64,000 nt of DNA from positions 1-64,000 of IMG/VR virus record IMGVR_UViG_3300028384_001500; one strand, given 5' to 3'. Numbering within the stretch: the first letter of the stretch is position 1; every line of letters begins with the position of its first letter. Below the pieces are notes generated by a model. It did no database searches. It was not told the DNA's origin and was given only the letters and a program-made list of their open reading frames with translations. Shown here in pieces: positions 14,890-25,068 of the stretch. The translations under genes were made by a program, and so were the position numbers.

Positions 14890-17800
14890 TTTTGCGCTTT
14901 TTACTTAATTTTCTTTCTATTAGTTTTTCAGACATATAAATCTTTTTTGGTTTTCTTGTTATTTTCTGTTTTTTCTCTGTAGCTTCCATGATGTCTTGGA
15001 GGATATTTTTAAAAAGTCGTGACTCAGCTGCTATTTTTGATGAATATTTACTAAATTCTTGAATTAATTTATTTTTTATATCTAATATTAGTTTTGTAAG
15101 TTCTCTATAAACAGGCAACGATATAGAACTTAAACCGTCAACAAACTTTAGTGTTGCTATTACGACGTTAAATATTTCTAATGTTTCTGTTCTTAAAAGA
15201 CTTTCTGGTAAAATACCAGGAAGTTCTCCTGTATACCGATCACCTAGTAACTGATCTGCCCATTCCGGAGGCGGTGTGTGATCTTCAGGCTTATGATGAT
15301 TTAAAGAGCTAACAAGATATCTTCTAAATTGCGCTGTAGTTCTAATAGATAAACACCCTAGCAAAGCTGCTCTAAGAGATTCTTCTGATTCATCGCCTGA
15401 TTCAAACACTGATTTTGTTGTGGCGGCAATAAAATTAGTGCACTGCATCATTCCATATTGATATATTTCTTCTGGGTTATTAAGATCTGCCCTAAATGGT
15501 CTCGGTTCTATACTTTGATAGTTTTCAGGAAAATTATCAAGTACAACGGATGCAAAACCTCTTGCTAGTCTTTTGATTGATGGCTCGTCGATATGAGCAG
15601 TATTCATTACAGATCTTATTTGTTCGCTAACTGAAGAGATTACTTGCAATGCTTGCCCGAATGTCTGTTCTTGACCAAAAAGAGTAGTGCCCTCACTGTC
15701 TTCAACAAAAGTTTTTGAACTTCCAGGCTTTTTAACTAAGCTTATAGTTCCTGAATTAGGACTATTAATTCTAGTTCTACTTGGTAAAGTGACAGGTTTA
15801 TATGGTGATAATGCATTAAATACACTTGCAGTATATACTTTTGCTAATGCGTTTACAAAGTCTGCTTCTTTTTGGTTTGATGATCTGACAATTTGACTGA
15901 CGTTTCCTGCGTTAACTGCTGGAAAAAATGTAGCAACTGTGGTTAATGCTGGATTACCTAGAAGACTACTAGTGCCTGACCAGTTGGTTGATTTTTTTTC
16001 GAAAAAATCTATCTTATCTTCCATTACAATCGCTCCAGTAGCATCAGTTACAACTTCACCATTCTCCGATAATTTTTGAACTCTAAACTTTTTAATAGAA
16101 GCTAACTCTAAATCATCTTTATTTGTAATTTTCCAAGTTATAACTTGATTACCACTGGTATCTAGGCTAATGTCTCTGCTTAAGGTAATTAAAGCCTCCT
16201 TAGACAGATAACATGTAAGTCCGGGAACAGACTCTGCTGTAGGCCTTGCTGATAAATCTTCAGCATAATTCTCGTAATACTTAGGATCGGCCTGCGCATT
16301 AATAGTCATACCTAAAATACAGTTTGACTTTATAAACGCTAAAAATTCAGTGAATTCTTCACTAGTGCCATCTAGATAAGGCATTAACCAAATTTTTAAT
16401 TTTGTTTCTAAAGTTGTTTTATCTCTTCTGGTTGTCTTTATTAAGTCTTGTTTATTTCTTTTATTCCCTTTTATTTCTACATTATTGGCATCAAACATTC
16501 TTATTTCACGCCCTTTTGAGTCATACACAGGGTCGTCATTCCCTATAAACCCTCTAAAACCGGAGATGGCGATAGTCGCTTTGTTATCTGAATATATTTT
16601 GTCGTCACCCGCAAATGGTATAATGTCATTAATGGAACTAATCTTATTTTGGCTAATTTCTAAAGTAGTCTTTTCTTCAGTGCTTAGTGTTCTCTGTTTT
16701 GCTGAAGATGTTGCATAATTAATAATAAATTCTGATAACTGATTTTGGCTACCTAGTATGTATGAAGGTTGATTACCTGCAGTGGTTTTGTTGCTATCCT
16801 TAGTAAGTGAGATTAATGTGCCTGCTTCAAGTTCAGCTTTTAGCTGGTTTATTACATTAGATGCTATCTTGTTGCTAAGCTCATTTACATAATCTTTTAA
16901 TTCTTCTATTCCAAGTGTATGTTTAAGTTCCTGGGCTGTAACAGACGGGTTTGTTCCTTCAAATAACCAGCTAGCATTCCAATGAGTACTACTTGGAGTA
17001 CTATCCGAAATATCTACAGCATGTAATAATTTTGCTCCAACGTCACTATGCGCAGTTAAGTTTATGTTTAATCTAATTACGTTAAGCGGGTTTTCCGAAG
17101 TGGTTCCAGCTCCAGATACGTCGCCAAATTCTCCAAATTCTGCTGTTGTTTTTGCAGGTGATTTTAAACCTCCAGTAGAAAAAGAGTAATTCATTGCTAA
17201 CTTCTTATCACCTAAGACAGCGTTAAACAAATCTATTACTTGACTAGCATCACCATAACCAGAAGAGTTTGGTCTTAGTAGTTGTGCAAATACTTTTATT
17301 ATTTTTAATCCTTCAAGTTTTGAATATATTTGATTACCTGTTGAACATTTACCGCTTAAGCAGACACCAGGTATTATAATCGTGTCGCCTTGAGAAGCTG
17401 CTTGAATTAATGCAGTAAGATTTAACTGGTGGGGAGGTTGATCACCTAAATACAGATCAACAGATGGCATATTACTAGGAAACACTCTTGAAGAATTTAA
17501 ATTATATGCATTACTATAAGTAGTGTTAGTAACAGAATCACTAAATTCCGGCAATATTACTTGGGAAGAAAACTGTTCATAAAAGTTTCCTATTGCCCCG
17601 GCGTTGGCGCTGATAATTGCTTCTAATATATACTTTTGGGCTTGACTAGAAGCAACAACAGATGGGTCTAAATAAAAAACTGGGTGCTGTATTGTTGTCT
17701 CTCTAACACTAACATTAGTTCCTGCAATACTCCTAGAATTAGGATCATCTATAATATCTTGTCCGCGCTCTCTCTCTGTCTGGGCTGCAGTGGTTGTTCC

Positions 17801-18112
17801 AGTTTTACTAGCATTATACGCAAGCAATGCAAAGTTTTTACCTCTCAAACCTAATAGATATCTTTCTAAACTAGCTGGATTGCCTAGCTTACTTACAATC
17901 TCTGGATTAATAATATTATTAAAAAACGTAGCAAAAACAGTCGACGCTGATGCAAACTCCTTTTTATCAATGACGACATCTTGACGCTTAACCATTTCAT
18001 GAAACTTAACTGCAGCATTGTATGTTGAGTCACTTTCATCAGGCGCAGGAGACTCGAGTAACATCTGCTCGAGCATTAATCGCAATCTTTTCTCTGATAT
18101 AATTGTTTTCAT
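14873..18112 (-). CDS. Large leader-bearing protein, 1079 aa (putative internal virion protein)
   Basis: MKTIISEKRLRLMLEQMLLES leader; no confident domain call. Confidence 0.75.
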   Translation of the reverse strand: MKTIISEKRLRLMLEQMLLESPAPDESDSTYNAAVKFHEMVKRQDVVIDKKEFASASTVFATFFNNIINPEIVSKLGNPASLERYLLGLRGKNFALLAYNASKTGTTTAAQTERERGQDIIDDPNSRSIAGTNVSVRETTIQHPVFYLDPSVVASSQAQKYILEAIISANAGAIGNFYEQFSSQVILPEFSDSVTNTTYSNAYNLNSSRVFPSNMPSVDLYLGDQPPHQLNLTALIQAASQGDTIIIPGVCLSGKCSTGNQIYSKLEGLKIIKVFAQLLRPNSSGYGDASQVIDLFNAVLGDKKLAMNYSFSTGGLKSPAKTTAEFGEFGDVSGAGTTSENPLNVIRLNINLTAHSDVGAKLLHAVDISDSTPSSTHWNASWLFEGTNPSVTAQELKHTLGIEELKDYVNELSNKIASNVINQLKAELEAGTLISLTKDSNKTTAGNQPSYILGSQNQLSEFIINYATSSAKQRTLSTEEKTTLEISQNKISSINDIIPFAGDDKIYSDNKATIAISGFRGFIGNDDPVYDSKGREIRMFDANNVEIKGNKRNKQDLIKTTRRDKTTLETKLKIWLMPYLDGTSEEFTEFLAFIKSNCILGMTINAQADPKYYENYAEDLSARPTAESVPGLTCYLSKEALITLSRDISLDTSGNQVITWKITNKDDLELASIKKFRVQKLSENGEVVTDATGAIVMEDKIDFFEKKSTNWSGTSSLLGNPALTTVATFFPAVNAGNVSQIVRSSNQKEADFVNALAKVYTASVFNALSPYKPVTLPSRTRINSPNSGTISLVKKPGSSKTFVEDSEGTTLFGQEQTFGQALQVISSVSEQIRSVMNTAHIDEPSIKRLARGFASVVLDNFPENYQSIEPRPFRADLNNPEEIYQYGMMQCTNFIAATTKSVFESGDESEESLRAALLGCLSIRTTAQFRRYLVSSLNHHKPEDHTPPPEWADQLLGDRYTGELPGILPESLLRTETLEIFNVVIATLKFVDGLSSISLPVYRELTKLILDIKNKLIQEFSKYSSKIAAESRLFKNILQDIMEATEKKQKITRKPKKIYMSEKLIERKLSKKRKSVKRK

Positions 18113-18113
18113 C

Positions 18114-18437
18114 TTATATAAACCTCTGGGCGAATACTACTGCTGCCATCAGAAATTGTATAACAGCAAAAATGGTCACGGCTTTCGTCCGGAACATCTT
18201 TAACTCTTCTACTTCCTCTTTTAATTTCTCTAACTGTGTAGGTGATGCCACCTCATCAATTCGCTCTTTCCACTTGACTAACTCTTGCACCTTATCTTCA
18301 CGTGCTCGGATCTCTGTGATCTCACGCTTCATGTCATTCAGACTTTCGTTTAGATCTTTAATTCCCTGCGCCAACGTCTCTAATTCTTTCAGGACAAGAC
18401 GTGAGTATTCTCCCCATCCATTATTCTCGTTTGTCAT
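18114..18437 (-). CDS. Coiled-coil protein with C-terminal TM helix
   Basis: Heptad-like region, then AVTIFAVIQFLMAAVVFA. Confidence 0.7.
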   Translation of the reverse strand: MTNENNGWGEYSRLVLKELETLAQGIKDLNESLNDMKREITEIRAREDKVQELVKWKERIDEVASPTQLEKLKEEVEELKMFRTKAVTIFAVIQFLMAAVVFAQRFI

Positions 18438-18660
18438 CTTCATCCTCCTCAGGTTCTACGACGCAGATCAAGTCTTCAAGCATGTTGACCACGTCTTCCT
18501 TTGTTATAATATCAGACTCAGCTTGTCTTACTAAGTCTTTAAGATTTTGTATTAGCCAGTCACGCAAAGTAAATACCTCTGCCCAGTTATTATTCTTTTT
18601 GCAGAGTTCTTCACGTAGTTCACGGAGCTTGGTAAAACGATCAGATATGTTATTTATCAT
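18421..18660 (-). CDS. Hypothetical protein
   Basis: Coupled ORF. Confidence 0.6.
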   Translation of the reverse strand: MINNISDRFTKLRELREELCKKNNNWAEVFTLRDWLIQNLKDLVRQAESDIITKEDVVNMLEDLICVVEPEEDEDDKRE

Positions 18661-18890
18661 AGTCGTCTCCGAATGCTCTCTATAATCATCTGGCGTATCA
18701 TAGATTCAGCAAGAACTGCCCTAGGATTGTCGTCATCAACAAGTCCCATTGCTTTTAAATAATCTGCTATTTGTTTATAAACCGGTTTCTTATTATCCCT
18801 GTAACTTCCACTGTGACCACCAGGCCAACCACCATGTGATGTAGGACGATCTAAATACAGATCTTTAATAGCATTTCTTTTCTTAGACAC
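18657..18890 (-). CDS. Small protein with C-terminal leader-like segment
   Basis: Ends VLAESMIRQMIIESIRRRL; GTG start. Confidence 0.65.
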   Translation of the reverse strand: MSKKRNAIKDLYLDRPTSHGGWPGGHSGSYRDNKKPVYKQIADYLKAMGLVDDDNPRAVLAESMIRQMIIESIRRRL

Positions 18891-18895
18891 AAAAC

Positions 18896-18935
18896 AACCC
18901 CAACTATAACTTATTATAATTATATTGTTGAGGTT
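18896..18935 (-). promoter_or_regulatory. RBS-sequestering hairpin with ATAATTA in its loop
   Basis: AACCTCAAC/GTTGGGGTT arms with a 22-nt AT loop, ending 5 nt before the GTG. Confidence 0.5.
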
Positions 18936-18952
18936 TTATTTTCTGAAATAAA

Positions 18953-19162
18953 TTAGGTAATATCTTTCGTTAAGTCTTGTCTCTTAGCTGTTACTATCTC
19001 TCCAGTTAACTCACTCTGAAATCTAATCCACATTTGTTTTGATAATGTGCCCGGGCCAATATTTGCTGTAACAGGACGATAAAATACCTCTGTTACAATC
19101 CCTTTGTTACTCATATGATGAGTCATATATACTTTATCACCTGGTCGGATATTGTTTGACAT
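18953..19162 (-). CDS. Small GDKV (KOW/SH3-like) protein
   Basis: IRPGDKVYM..KGIVTEV; AAGGAG RBS. Confidence 0.65.
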   Translation of the reverse strand: MSNNIRPGDKVYMTHHMSNKGIVTEVFYRPVTANIGPGTLSKQMWIRFQSELTGEIVTAKRQDLTKDIT

Positions 19163-19187
19163 GTTTTCTCCTTTTATTTAATTCTAC

Positions 19188-20819
19188 TTAGACAATAAGC
19201 CTTTTAAAATCTTCACAGAATAATCTTTTATTTTTATTGTAGAACCTGTCCCAGTCACTATCAAGAATATAAGTTATTGCTGTATCTTCACTATTCCTTA
19301 CACTGCGCCCTACAGACTGCACAACTGTCATTGCAGTTTTAAGAGCATACCAGTCTGGAAATTTATTCATGCGCTTTTTAACAATAGGATCACCAAGCCA
19401 TGGATAAGGAACTTTACAGATAACTTGAAAACGACTTAAGTCACCTTTAAGATCAACTCCTTCTGTCATTGATGGTGATAACAGAACTGTGGGTTCTTTT
19501 GAACGCATATGCTGTTGGAGTACTTTATCTCTGTTTTCACTATTATGAATAAGAATTCTTTTTCCTAATTTTCCTTTGATATTGTTTTTAAGATAGTTTG
19601 CAATTCTATATGTATGACAATGAATTATTCCTTTTTCATTGCTGTGTTCTTGCATAATTGCTTTGACTGCTTTTTTAACATTAGGTAATGTTCCGTCAAT
19701 AGACTTAAAGCTCATGCTACCAACTGATGCGTTAATAATGGGACGATTTTCTACCGGGAAAGGTGAAGGAATACTAATTGAAGCGTATTGATCTTTTGGT
19801 ATACCTAACGATCTTGCAAAAGCGTCAGCGTTAAGAATGGTTGCTGACATAAGAATTACTTTATGGCCTAGTCTAAACAAGTATTCTTCAGCATAATTTG
19901 ATATATCAATTGCACGATATACAACCTTTACATACCCTCTCTTCTCTGTCTCTTGCTTTTCCATAACCCAATTGTCTTTATCATAATTGTCCATAAACTT
20001 TTTAAGTTTGTCAGCATGACCTTTCATCATATCGTATTTTAAAGATAATGATGACAATTCTTTAATTTTAGAAGCAATACCTAATTCATCAATTTGCTTT
20101 TCAAAATGCATGATTTGTGAAGTTAACTTTGGTTGATAAACGTTTTCAATCCATTTAACAAAGTTAACCGGTGTTACTTTGTCAGGCCATTTACACTTAA
20201 CAATTTTCTCAGCAAAATACTGACTTACACCTACCTCGACAAAACTACTAAGGACTTGTTCTGTGTTGTGAGCTTCATCAATAACTAACACGTTTCTTGG
20301 CCCAATACCGCCGCTAAATGTCGACTCAGTTAAAAAGTATGGAAAGTTAGTAACAGACTCTGGTGACTCGAGAAATTTCTTTTTTGCCTTTTTATATTTG
20401 CAATTAAACTTACATGCCTTAAAAAACCCAGATTTAGTATCAGCAGTTTTTAACATTTGTTGTGACGTACGACAATCATTTCCTTTATGAAAACCACATT
20501 TATAGTTTGTTGCAGAATATATAGACTTCATTTGTGTGTCTTTTGGACCTCCAAAGTCTTTTTCGTATTGTTCTTGTAGAATTTTTTGTGTCGTCAAGAA
20601 GTAAGCGCCAGGACTGAAACCTTCAACTTCTGAAGATTTATTATTAAAATATCTTGCCAGTGTTAATCCAATGGCAGACTTTCCCACACCTGTTCCTGCT
20701 TCGATAATACAAAATCTCTTTTTACTATTTTCAATTGCATTGATTGCAAATTCAATTGCATCACACTGTTCTTGACGAGGTTTTTTGTATGGAAAGTATT
20801 GTTTATATTCTTGCGTCAT
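19188..20819 (-). CDS. DinG/YoaA-like SF2 DNA helicase with probable Fe-S cluster
   Basis: EAGTGVGKS, four Cys (YKC..NDC..AC..NC), DEAH, MSAT, QSVGRSVR. Confidence 0.88.
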   Translation of the reverse strand: MTQEYKQYFPYKKPRQEQCDAIEFAINAIENSKKRFCIIEAGTGVGKSAIGLTLARYFNNKSSEVEGFSPGAYFLTTQKILQEQYEKDFGGPKDTQMKSIYSATNYKCGFHKGNDCRTSQQMLKTADTKSGFFKACKFNCKYKKAKKKFLESPESVTNFPYFLTESTFSGGIGPRNVLVIDEAHNTEQVLSSFVEVGVSQYFAEKIVKCKWPDKVTPVNFVKWIENVYQPKLTSQIMHFEKQIDELGIASKIKELSSLSLKYDMMKGHADKLKKFMDNYDKDNWVMEKQETEKRGYVKVVYRAIDISNYAEEYLFRLGHKVILMSATILNADAFARSLGIPKDQYASISIPSPFPVENRPIINASVGSMSFKSIDGTLPNVKKAVKAIMQEHSNEKGIIHCHTYRIANYLKNNIKGKLGKRILIHNSENRDKVLQQHMRSKEPTVLLSPSMTEGVDLKGDLSRFQVICKVPYPWLGDPIVKKRMNKFPDWYALKTAMTVVQSVGRSVRNSEDTAITYILDSDWDRFYNKNKRLFCEDFKRLIV

Positions 20820-20850
20820 TTATAATCCTTGGTAAAAGTTTATACTTTAG

Positions 20851-20879
20851 ATTATAACAAAACGTTTGAACAATTACAA
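20851..20879 (-). promoter_or_regulatory. Class I promoter-like motif TTGTAA-N17-TATAAT
   Basis: Exact 17-nt spacer upstream of the helicase. Confidence 0.7.
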
Positions 20880-21269
20880 CCTCATTTTCTCTAATATTTC
20901 TTTTGTGTTTGTAATTTTTTTAGATCCTAAGAGATGTAAAAACTCTTCGTATTCTTTTGAAGAAGCATTTGAAGCAAACATATCTTGTTTTGTAATCTTA
21001 ACAAACGGTCTTTTACTACCACATCTAATGTAAAGACAGTTTGGAATTTTTAATTTATTAGGGTTAAGCGTGTAAGAGAAAAAATACTCTAACTTTAAAA
21101 GTCTAAAAGGCGTAAGAAGTCTAAGTCTAAATTTTAATTCTTTTACAATTGCTGTTTTTGCATGTGAATTCATGTCAATATTGGCAATAAAGTCTTTGCT
21201 TGTCCATTCATTTGGTTTTGCCGTGTTAATTTTAATTGACTTATTATTCTTTTTCTTTATAAAAATCAA
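20874..21269 (-). CDS. Basic hypothetical protein
   Basis: Probable TTG start at 21269 overlapping the upstream TGA; start uncertain. Confidence 0.55.
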   Translation of the reverse strand: MIFIKKKNNKSIKINTAKPNEWTSKDFIANIDMNSHAKTAIVKELKFRLRLLTPFRLLKLEYFFSYTLNPNKLKIPNCLYIRCGSKRPFVKITKQDMFASNASSKEYEEFLHLLGSKKITNTKEILEKMRL

Positions 21270-21751
21270 CCCCTTCTCCTTTTTGTATGACTGTCTGCTA
21301 GACTTGATGCCCAACTATCTGGCTTGACCCTTAAATCAAATCCGGTACCGGATACCCAACCTTGTATTGTCTTAAAAAATCTAGCAGTTGCGTTTCTTTT
21401 TTTATTTGTCCCGATATCAATATGTAATTCAATGTCTGCATGAGGACACATTTCTAAAACAAATTGTGCTGTTTGAATTGCCAAAGATACTTCTTCTAAG
21501 ATCTTGGCTTGTAGTTCAACATATTGCTCAGATCCTTTCTTAATTTTTCTAAAATAGTATCTTGCAATGTTAAGATCTCGATTATGAAATGCAATCACAG
21601 TAGCAAAATTGCACTTATTAGGAAAAAGCATACTATCAGTTCCCACGTATATTTTACCGCCTTGGGCCACATAATCTTCAATTTCTTTCTTAATGAACTC
21701 AACATCTACGTCATTACCGTCAGCATCTTTCCAATAATATAATTCAGGCAT
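21266..21751 (-). CDS. YkuK/DUF458-like RNase H-fold protein
   Basis: IYVGTDS, EVSLAI, LHIDIG, KPDSWASSLAD; start MPELY after AAAGGGGG. Confidence 0.75.
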   Translation of the reverse strand: MPELYYWKDADGNDVDVEFIKKEIEDYVAQGGKIYVGTDSMLFPNKCNFATVIAFHNRDLNIARYYFRKIKKGSEQYVELQAKILEEVSLAIQTAQFVLEMCPHADIELHIDIGTNKKRNATARFFKTIQGWVSGTGFDLRVKPDSWASSLADSHTKRRRG

Positions 21752-21780
21752 GAAACCCCCCTTTATATTATTGTACTCCA

Positions 21781-22830
21781 TTACTTAATTCTTTTATAAT
21801 TTGATTTAAACCAATCTTTAAGAATATCTCGATCATCGATGCCTCTTCCTTCATTAAGAGTATTATCTTTTTCTATTTCATTTAGCCGATCGTTTTTTCT
21901 TTTTTGCCTTCTCAATTCAGATATTGTATTTTGAATTAGCGATGCTTCTTTCCTATATTGCTTTCCTTCTTTTTTTCTGGAGTTGTAAGAGCTTTTAATG
22001 TATTGTAACTCATCTATCATTTCTTGTAAGTAACGAGAATAGTCTGAGCTTCCTTTTTCTGCTCTTTTAATTTCATTTAAAGTAGGCATAGAAAGAATTT
22101 GAAAAACTGAGTGTTTTGTATTTTCGTCCATCCAACTAGGCAATCCTGACTTAAATGCCTCGACGTCACCCGTTTCTAAATACGCCCTCATTTTAGTACC
22201 GCTAATATCTATTGTTCCACCTTCTCCACCGCGAGTAAATCTATCTGGAAAATCGGCTCCCATAAAAGAAACTCCAGCTGGATTCATTGACCTAAGCGCA
22301 TCTGAGTATTTAGGTGGCGAAGATTTAAGTTCAACTGCCGGATCTTTCTTAGAAAACTTAGGCAACAAATAATACTGTTGTGTATCCTCAGGGTCTGAAT
22401 AGATGTAAAACATGTTGTTTGGTCGCGTACCAGTGTGCGCTAATTCGTTTGCTTCTTTTAGTAACGCAAGAACTTTACCAACAGGTCCTCCGCCGTATTC
22501 AATATGAATATTAGGAGAAACACTTTCGTAGTAGTCTTCAATATATGCAGTCCAGACTTGTTGCATTGATTCACCTTTAAGTGCACCTCTATCTCCAAGT
22601 CCTATAAAAAGAAGCACTCTACCATTCGGATCTTGTGCAGCATCGTTTATGGCGTGCATAATCATCTGGTCATGGCCGGCGTGGAAAGGTTTAGTACCAC
22701 CAGCAAAAATGTAATAGTTTTCACCAGGAACAACTTGAAAACCTTCATCTCGATAACCGACATACACTCCTCTCGCCATTTCATTAAGACTACCATACAT
22801 TATTTCGTATATGTTTGTTTTTCTTTTCAT
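21781..22830 (-). CDS. HxGH nucleotidylyltransferase (cytidylyltransferase-like)
   Basis: FAGGTKPFHAGH and ISGTKMR motifs; N-terminus ends in LNE. Confidence 0.75.
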   Translation of the reverse strand: MKRKTNIYEIMYGSLNEMARGVYVGYRDEGFQVVPGENYYIFAGGTKPFHAGHDQMIMHAINDAAQDPNGRVLLFIGLGDRGALKGESMQQVWTAYIEDYYESVSPNIHIEYGGGPVGKVLALLKEANELAHTGTRPNNMFYIYSDPEDTQQYYLLPKFSKKDPAVELKSSPPKYSDALRSMNPAGVSFMGADFPDRFTRGGEGGTIDISGTKMRAYLETGDVEAFKSGLPSWMDENTKHSVFQILSMPTLNEIKRAEKGSSDYSRYLQEMIDELQYIKSSYNSRKKEGKQYRKEASLIQNTISELRRQKRKNDRLNEIEKDNTLNEGRGIDDRDILKDWFKSNYKRIK

Positions 22831-23675
22831 AGGTATCTCTCCCCTCTGTCACATAGTATAGTTATAACTATTCCTTTCGGGTCGTGTTTTTCAACATATT
22901 TTTCTGCAGCCAGGATGTTTGCACCACTACTAATACCAACAAGTATTCCGTTTTCTTTCCAGAATTGTTTCATTCTTGCAATTGCATCTTCTGTTTTAAT
23001 AGAAATAATTTCGTCCATTAGAGTGCGATCTAATAAAAAATCAGCACCATCATTAATTCCTTGAATTCCATGAGTTGCATTGTCTTCAGCAGGTTGGGTT
23101 AATATACACTTAACACCTAATTTTTTGTCATCGATATATTGCTTTATTCCCATCATTGTTCCGCCCGTGCCTGCTCCGTGCACAAATGCTTCCCACTTAC
23201 CTACCCTATTAATAATGATATTTTTGTGGATCTCCAGAGCTGTTTCCTGTCTATGACACTCAACATTTAATGGATTGCTAAACTGCATGGGTGAAAACGC
23301 ACCAGACTCATTTACGAGACTGTCGCGTAATTCAATGGCAGCCTGGAATTCGTTTGGTCCAGTTTCAATAATTTCAGAACCAAATGCGCGCATCATTTGT
23401 TTTCTTTGTTCAGACATATTACAAGGCATAATAATTTTGCATGGGCAGTTAATTGAAGCTGCGTAACTAGACAATGCAATTCCTGTATTTCCGCTAGTAG
23501 CCTCTACCAAGGTAGTCTCACCTGAGATAATCTTGTCTTCAGAAAGTGCACGATCACAAATATATTCTATCATTCTATCTTTGACAGATCCTGTTCTATT
23601 GTGTGTTTCTAGTTTTGCCCAGATACGGCCGTCGTCGTCAATTGATATTAGTGGTGTTCTTCCTGTTATATTCAT
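22827..23675 (-). CDS. cysK: Cysteine synthase-family PLP enzyme
   Basis: KLETHNRTGSVKDR, EATSGNTG, GAGTGGT, GISSGAN. Confidence 0.85.
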   Translation of the reverse strand: MNITGRTPLISIDDDGRIWAKLETHNRTGSVKDRMIEYICDRALSEDKIISGETTLVEATSGNTGIALSSYAASINCPCKIIMPCNMSEQRKQMMRAFGSEIIETGPNEFQAAIELRDSLVNESGAFSPMQFSNPLNVECHRQETALEIHKNIIINRVGKWEAFVHGAGTGGTMMGIKQYIDDKKLGVKCILTQPAEDNATHGIQGINDGADFLLDRTLMDEIISIKTEDAIARMKQFWKENGILVGISSGANILAAEKYVEKHDPKGIVITILCDRGERYL

Positions 23676-24100
23676 ATTTTAAAATACTCCCATATCATTT
23701 TTTCTGCGACAACGACATGTGATTTAAGATATCCTAGACACTCTGACTTAAGCTTGTTTAATGATGTCCACTCATATCCTTCATGTTCTATTTCACCAGA
23801 AATTGGATTTTTACCTATTACTACCTCATCGTCTGTGTCTACGTACCCTACCCATAAAGCTAGTGGCCCAAAAACAATAGGCTCTTTAGATATTAATCTT
23901 GGATTAAGGCCTGACTCTTCAAAACACTCCCTTTTTGCTGCTTCAAAAGCGCTTTCTTCTGGATCGATTGAACCTTTAGGTACATCGTATCTACCTCCAG
24001 CACGCCTTCTATGCTTAGGTAGCGCTACTAATCCTAACACTTCTGGGTTATTAAAATTATTTCTAAACACTATAATCCCAGCTGCAGTTACCTTTGACAT
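23672..24100 (-). CDS. Nudix hydrolase
   Basis: Nudix box GSIDPEESAFEAAKRECFEESGL. Confidence 0.88.
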   Translation of the reverse strand: MSKVTAAGIIVFRNNFNNPEVLGLVALPKHRRRAGGRYDVPKGSIDPEESAFEAAKRECFEESGLNPRLISKEPIVFGPLALWVGYVDTDDEVVIGKNPISGEIEHEGYEWTSLNKLKSECLGYLKSHVVVAEKMIWEYFKI

Positions 24101-24109
24101 AATAACCCC

Positions 24110-24529
24110 TTAAATGTAATCGTCTGTGTCTTCGTCTTCAAAGTCAAATATTTCTACATCGTCTTCGAAGTCGCTATTGAAGTTCATAGCACTGTCTGGT
24201 TCAGGTATATAATCAGGATCTTTCATGACACTATCAGGTGAAAGGGGGTCACCTTTTGAAAATGAATTAAAGTCATCCAAAAAGGAAGCATACATATCCA
24301 TATATTGATCGATGGACATTGTCTCTCCTGATATAGCATCATCAACTGTCATGACACCTGCTTCTTTAAACCCTTCTAATACTTCTACTAAGTCTTCTTC
24401 ATTTTTAACAACAGTTTCAGCACCGTCTTCTGATGTAATCATATACCCTACATGCGGTGATTTTTGAATGATTATATTTGCACCTGTTACAGCTTCAGTT
24501 AATAATCTTCTTAATATTTTTCTACTCAT
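24110..24529 (-). CDS. Leader-bearing acidic protein
   Basis: MSRKILRRLLTEA. Confidence 0.7.
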   Translation of the reverse strand: MSRKILRRLLTEAVTGANIIIQKSPHVGYMITSEDGAETVVKNEEDLVEVLEGFKEAGVMTVDDAISGETMSIDQYMDMYASFLDDFNSFSKGDPLSPDSVMKDPDYIPEPDSAMNFNSDFEDDVEIFDFEDEDTDDYI

Positions 24530-24579
24530 ATCCTTCCTTAGTTCTTTTAATTTATATAGCTAAATATAATAATTTACAA

Positions 24580-25050
24580 TTAAAAATATCTAATTGCAGG
24601 TACTGGATTTCTATAAATTGATGTTAAGTCTTCTATCTTATATGCACATGCATAATCTGCAATTGCTGTCATTAATAATTCAAAAAATTCCATAAAGTGA
24701 TCAGATAGTTCATCCATTTCTACTCCTAAGCTGAGAATATGATCTAGGTACAGTTGAAAGTCTGAGTAATTATCTTCAACCCAGCTTCCAAATGTCCTAA
24801 ATACTTCATCATATATTCTATCATAATGTGGATGAAACGGTTCACATCTACCTGGATTAGGATCTCTTCTAGGATCCCATCCTCCTCCGTTTCCGTCGTC
24901 ACCTCCGCCTCCGCCGCCGCCTCGTCTAGGCGGAATTACAGGTGGTATCTGACCTCCTCCAGCGCCGGCACCAAGATCGAAGTCTTGACCAAAAGTATCT
25001 CTAAATTCTTTCAATATTAATCTTCTAAGTTTTTTTCTATTTAATTTCAC
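24580..25050 (-). CDS. Leader-bearing protein with Gly/Pro linker
   Basis: MKLNRKKLRRLILKEFRD; N-terminus paralogous to 25821-26399. Confidence 0.7.
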   Translation of the reverse strand: MKLNRKKLRRLILKEFRDTFGQDFDLGAGAGGGQIPPVIPPRRGGGGGGGDDGNGGGWDPRRDPNPGRCEPFHPHYDRIYDEVFRTFGSWVEDNYSDFQLYLDHILSLGVEMDELSDHFMEFFELLMTAIADYACAYKIEDLTSIYRNPVPAIRYF

Positions 25051-25068
25051 AATCTTTCCCTTTTATTT

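Noticed and set aside
18103-18685. Plus-strand ORFs of 143 and 94 aa
   Set aside because: Antisense to coupled minus-strand genes, with the Ser-rich composition typical of shadows.
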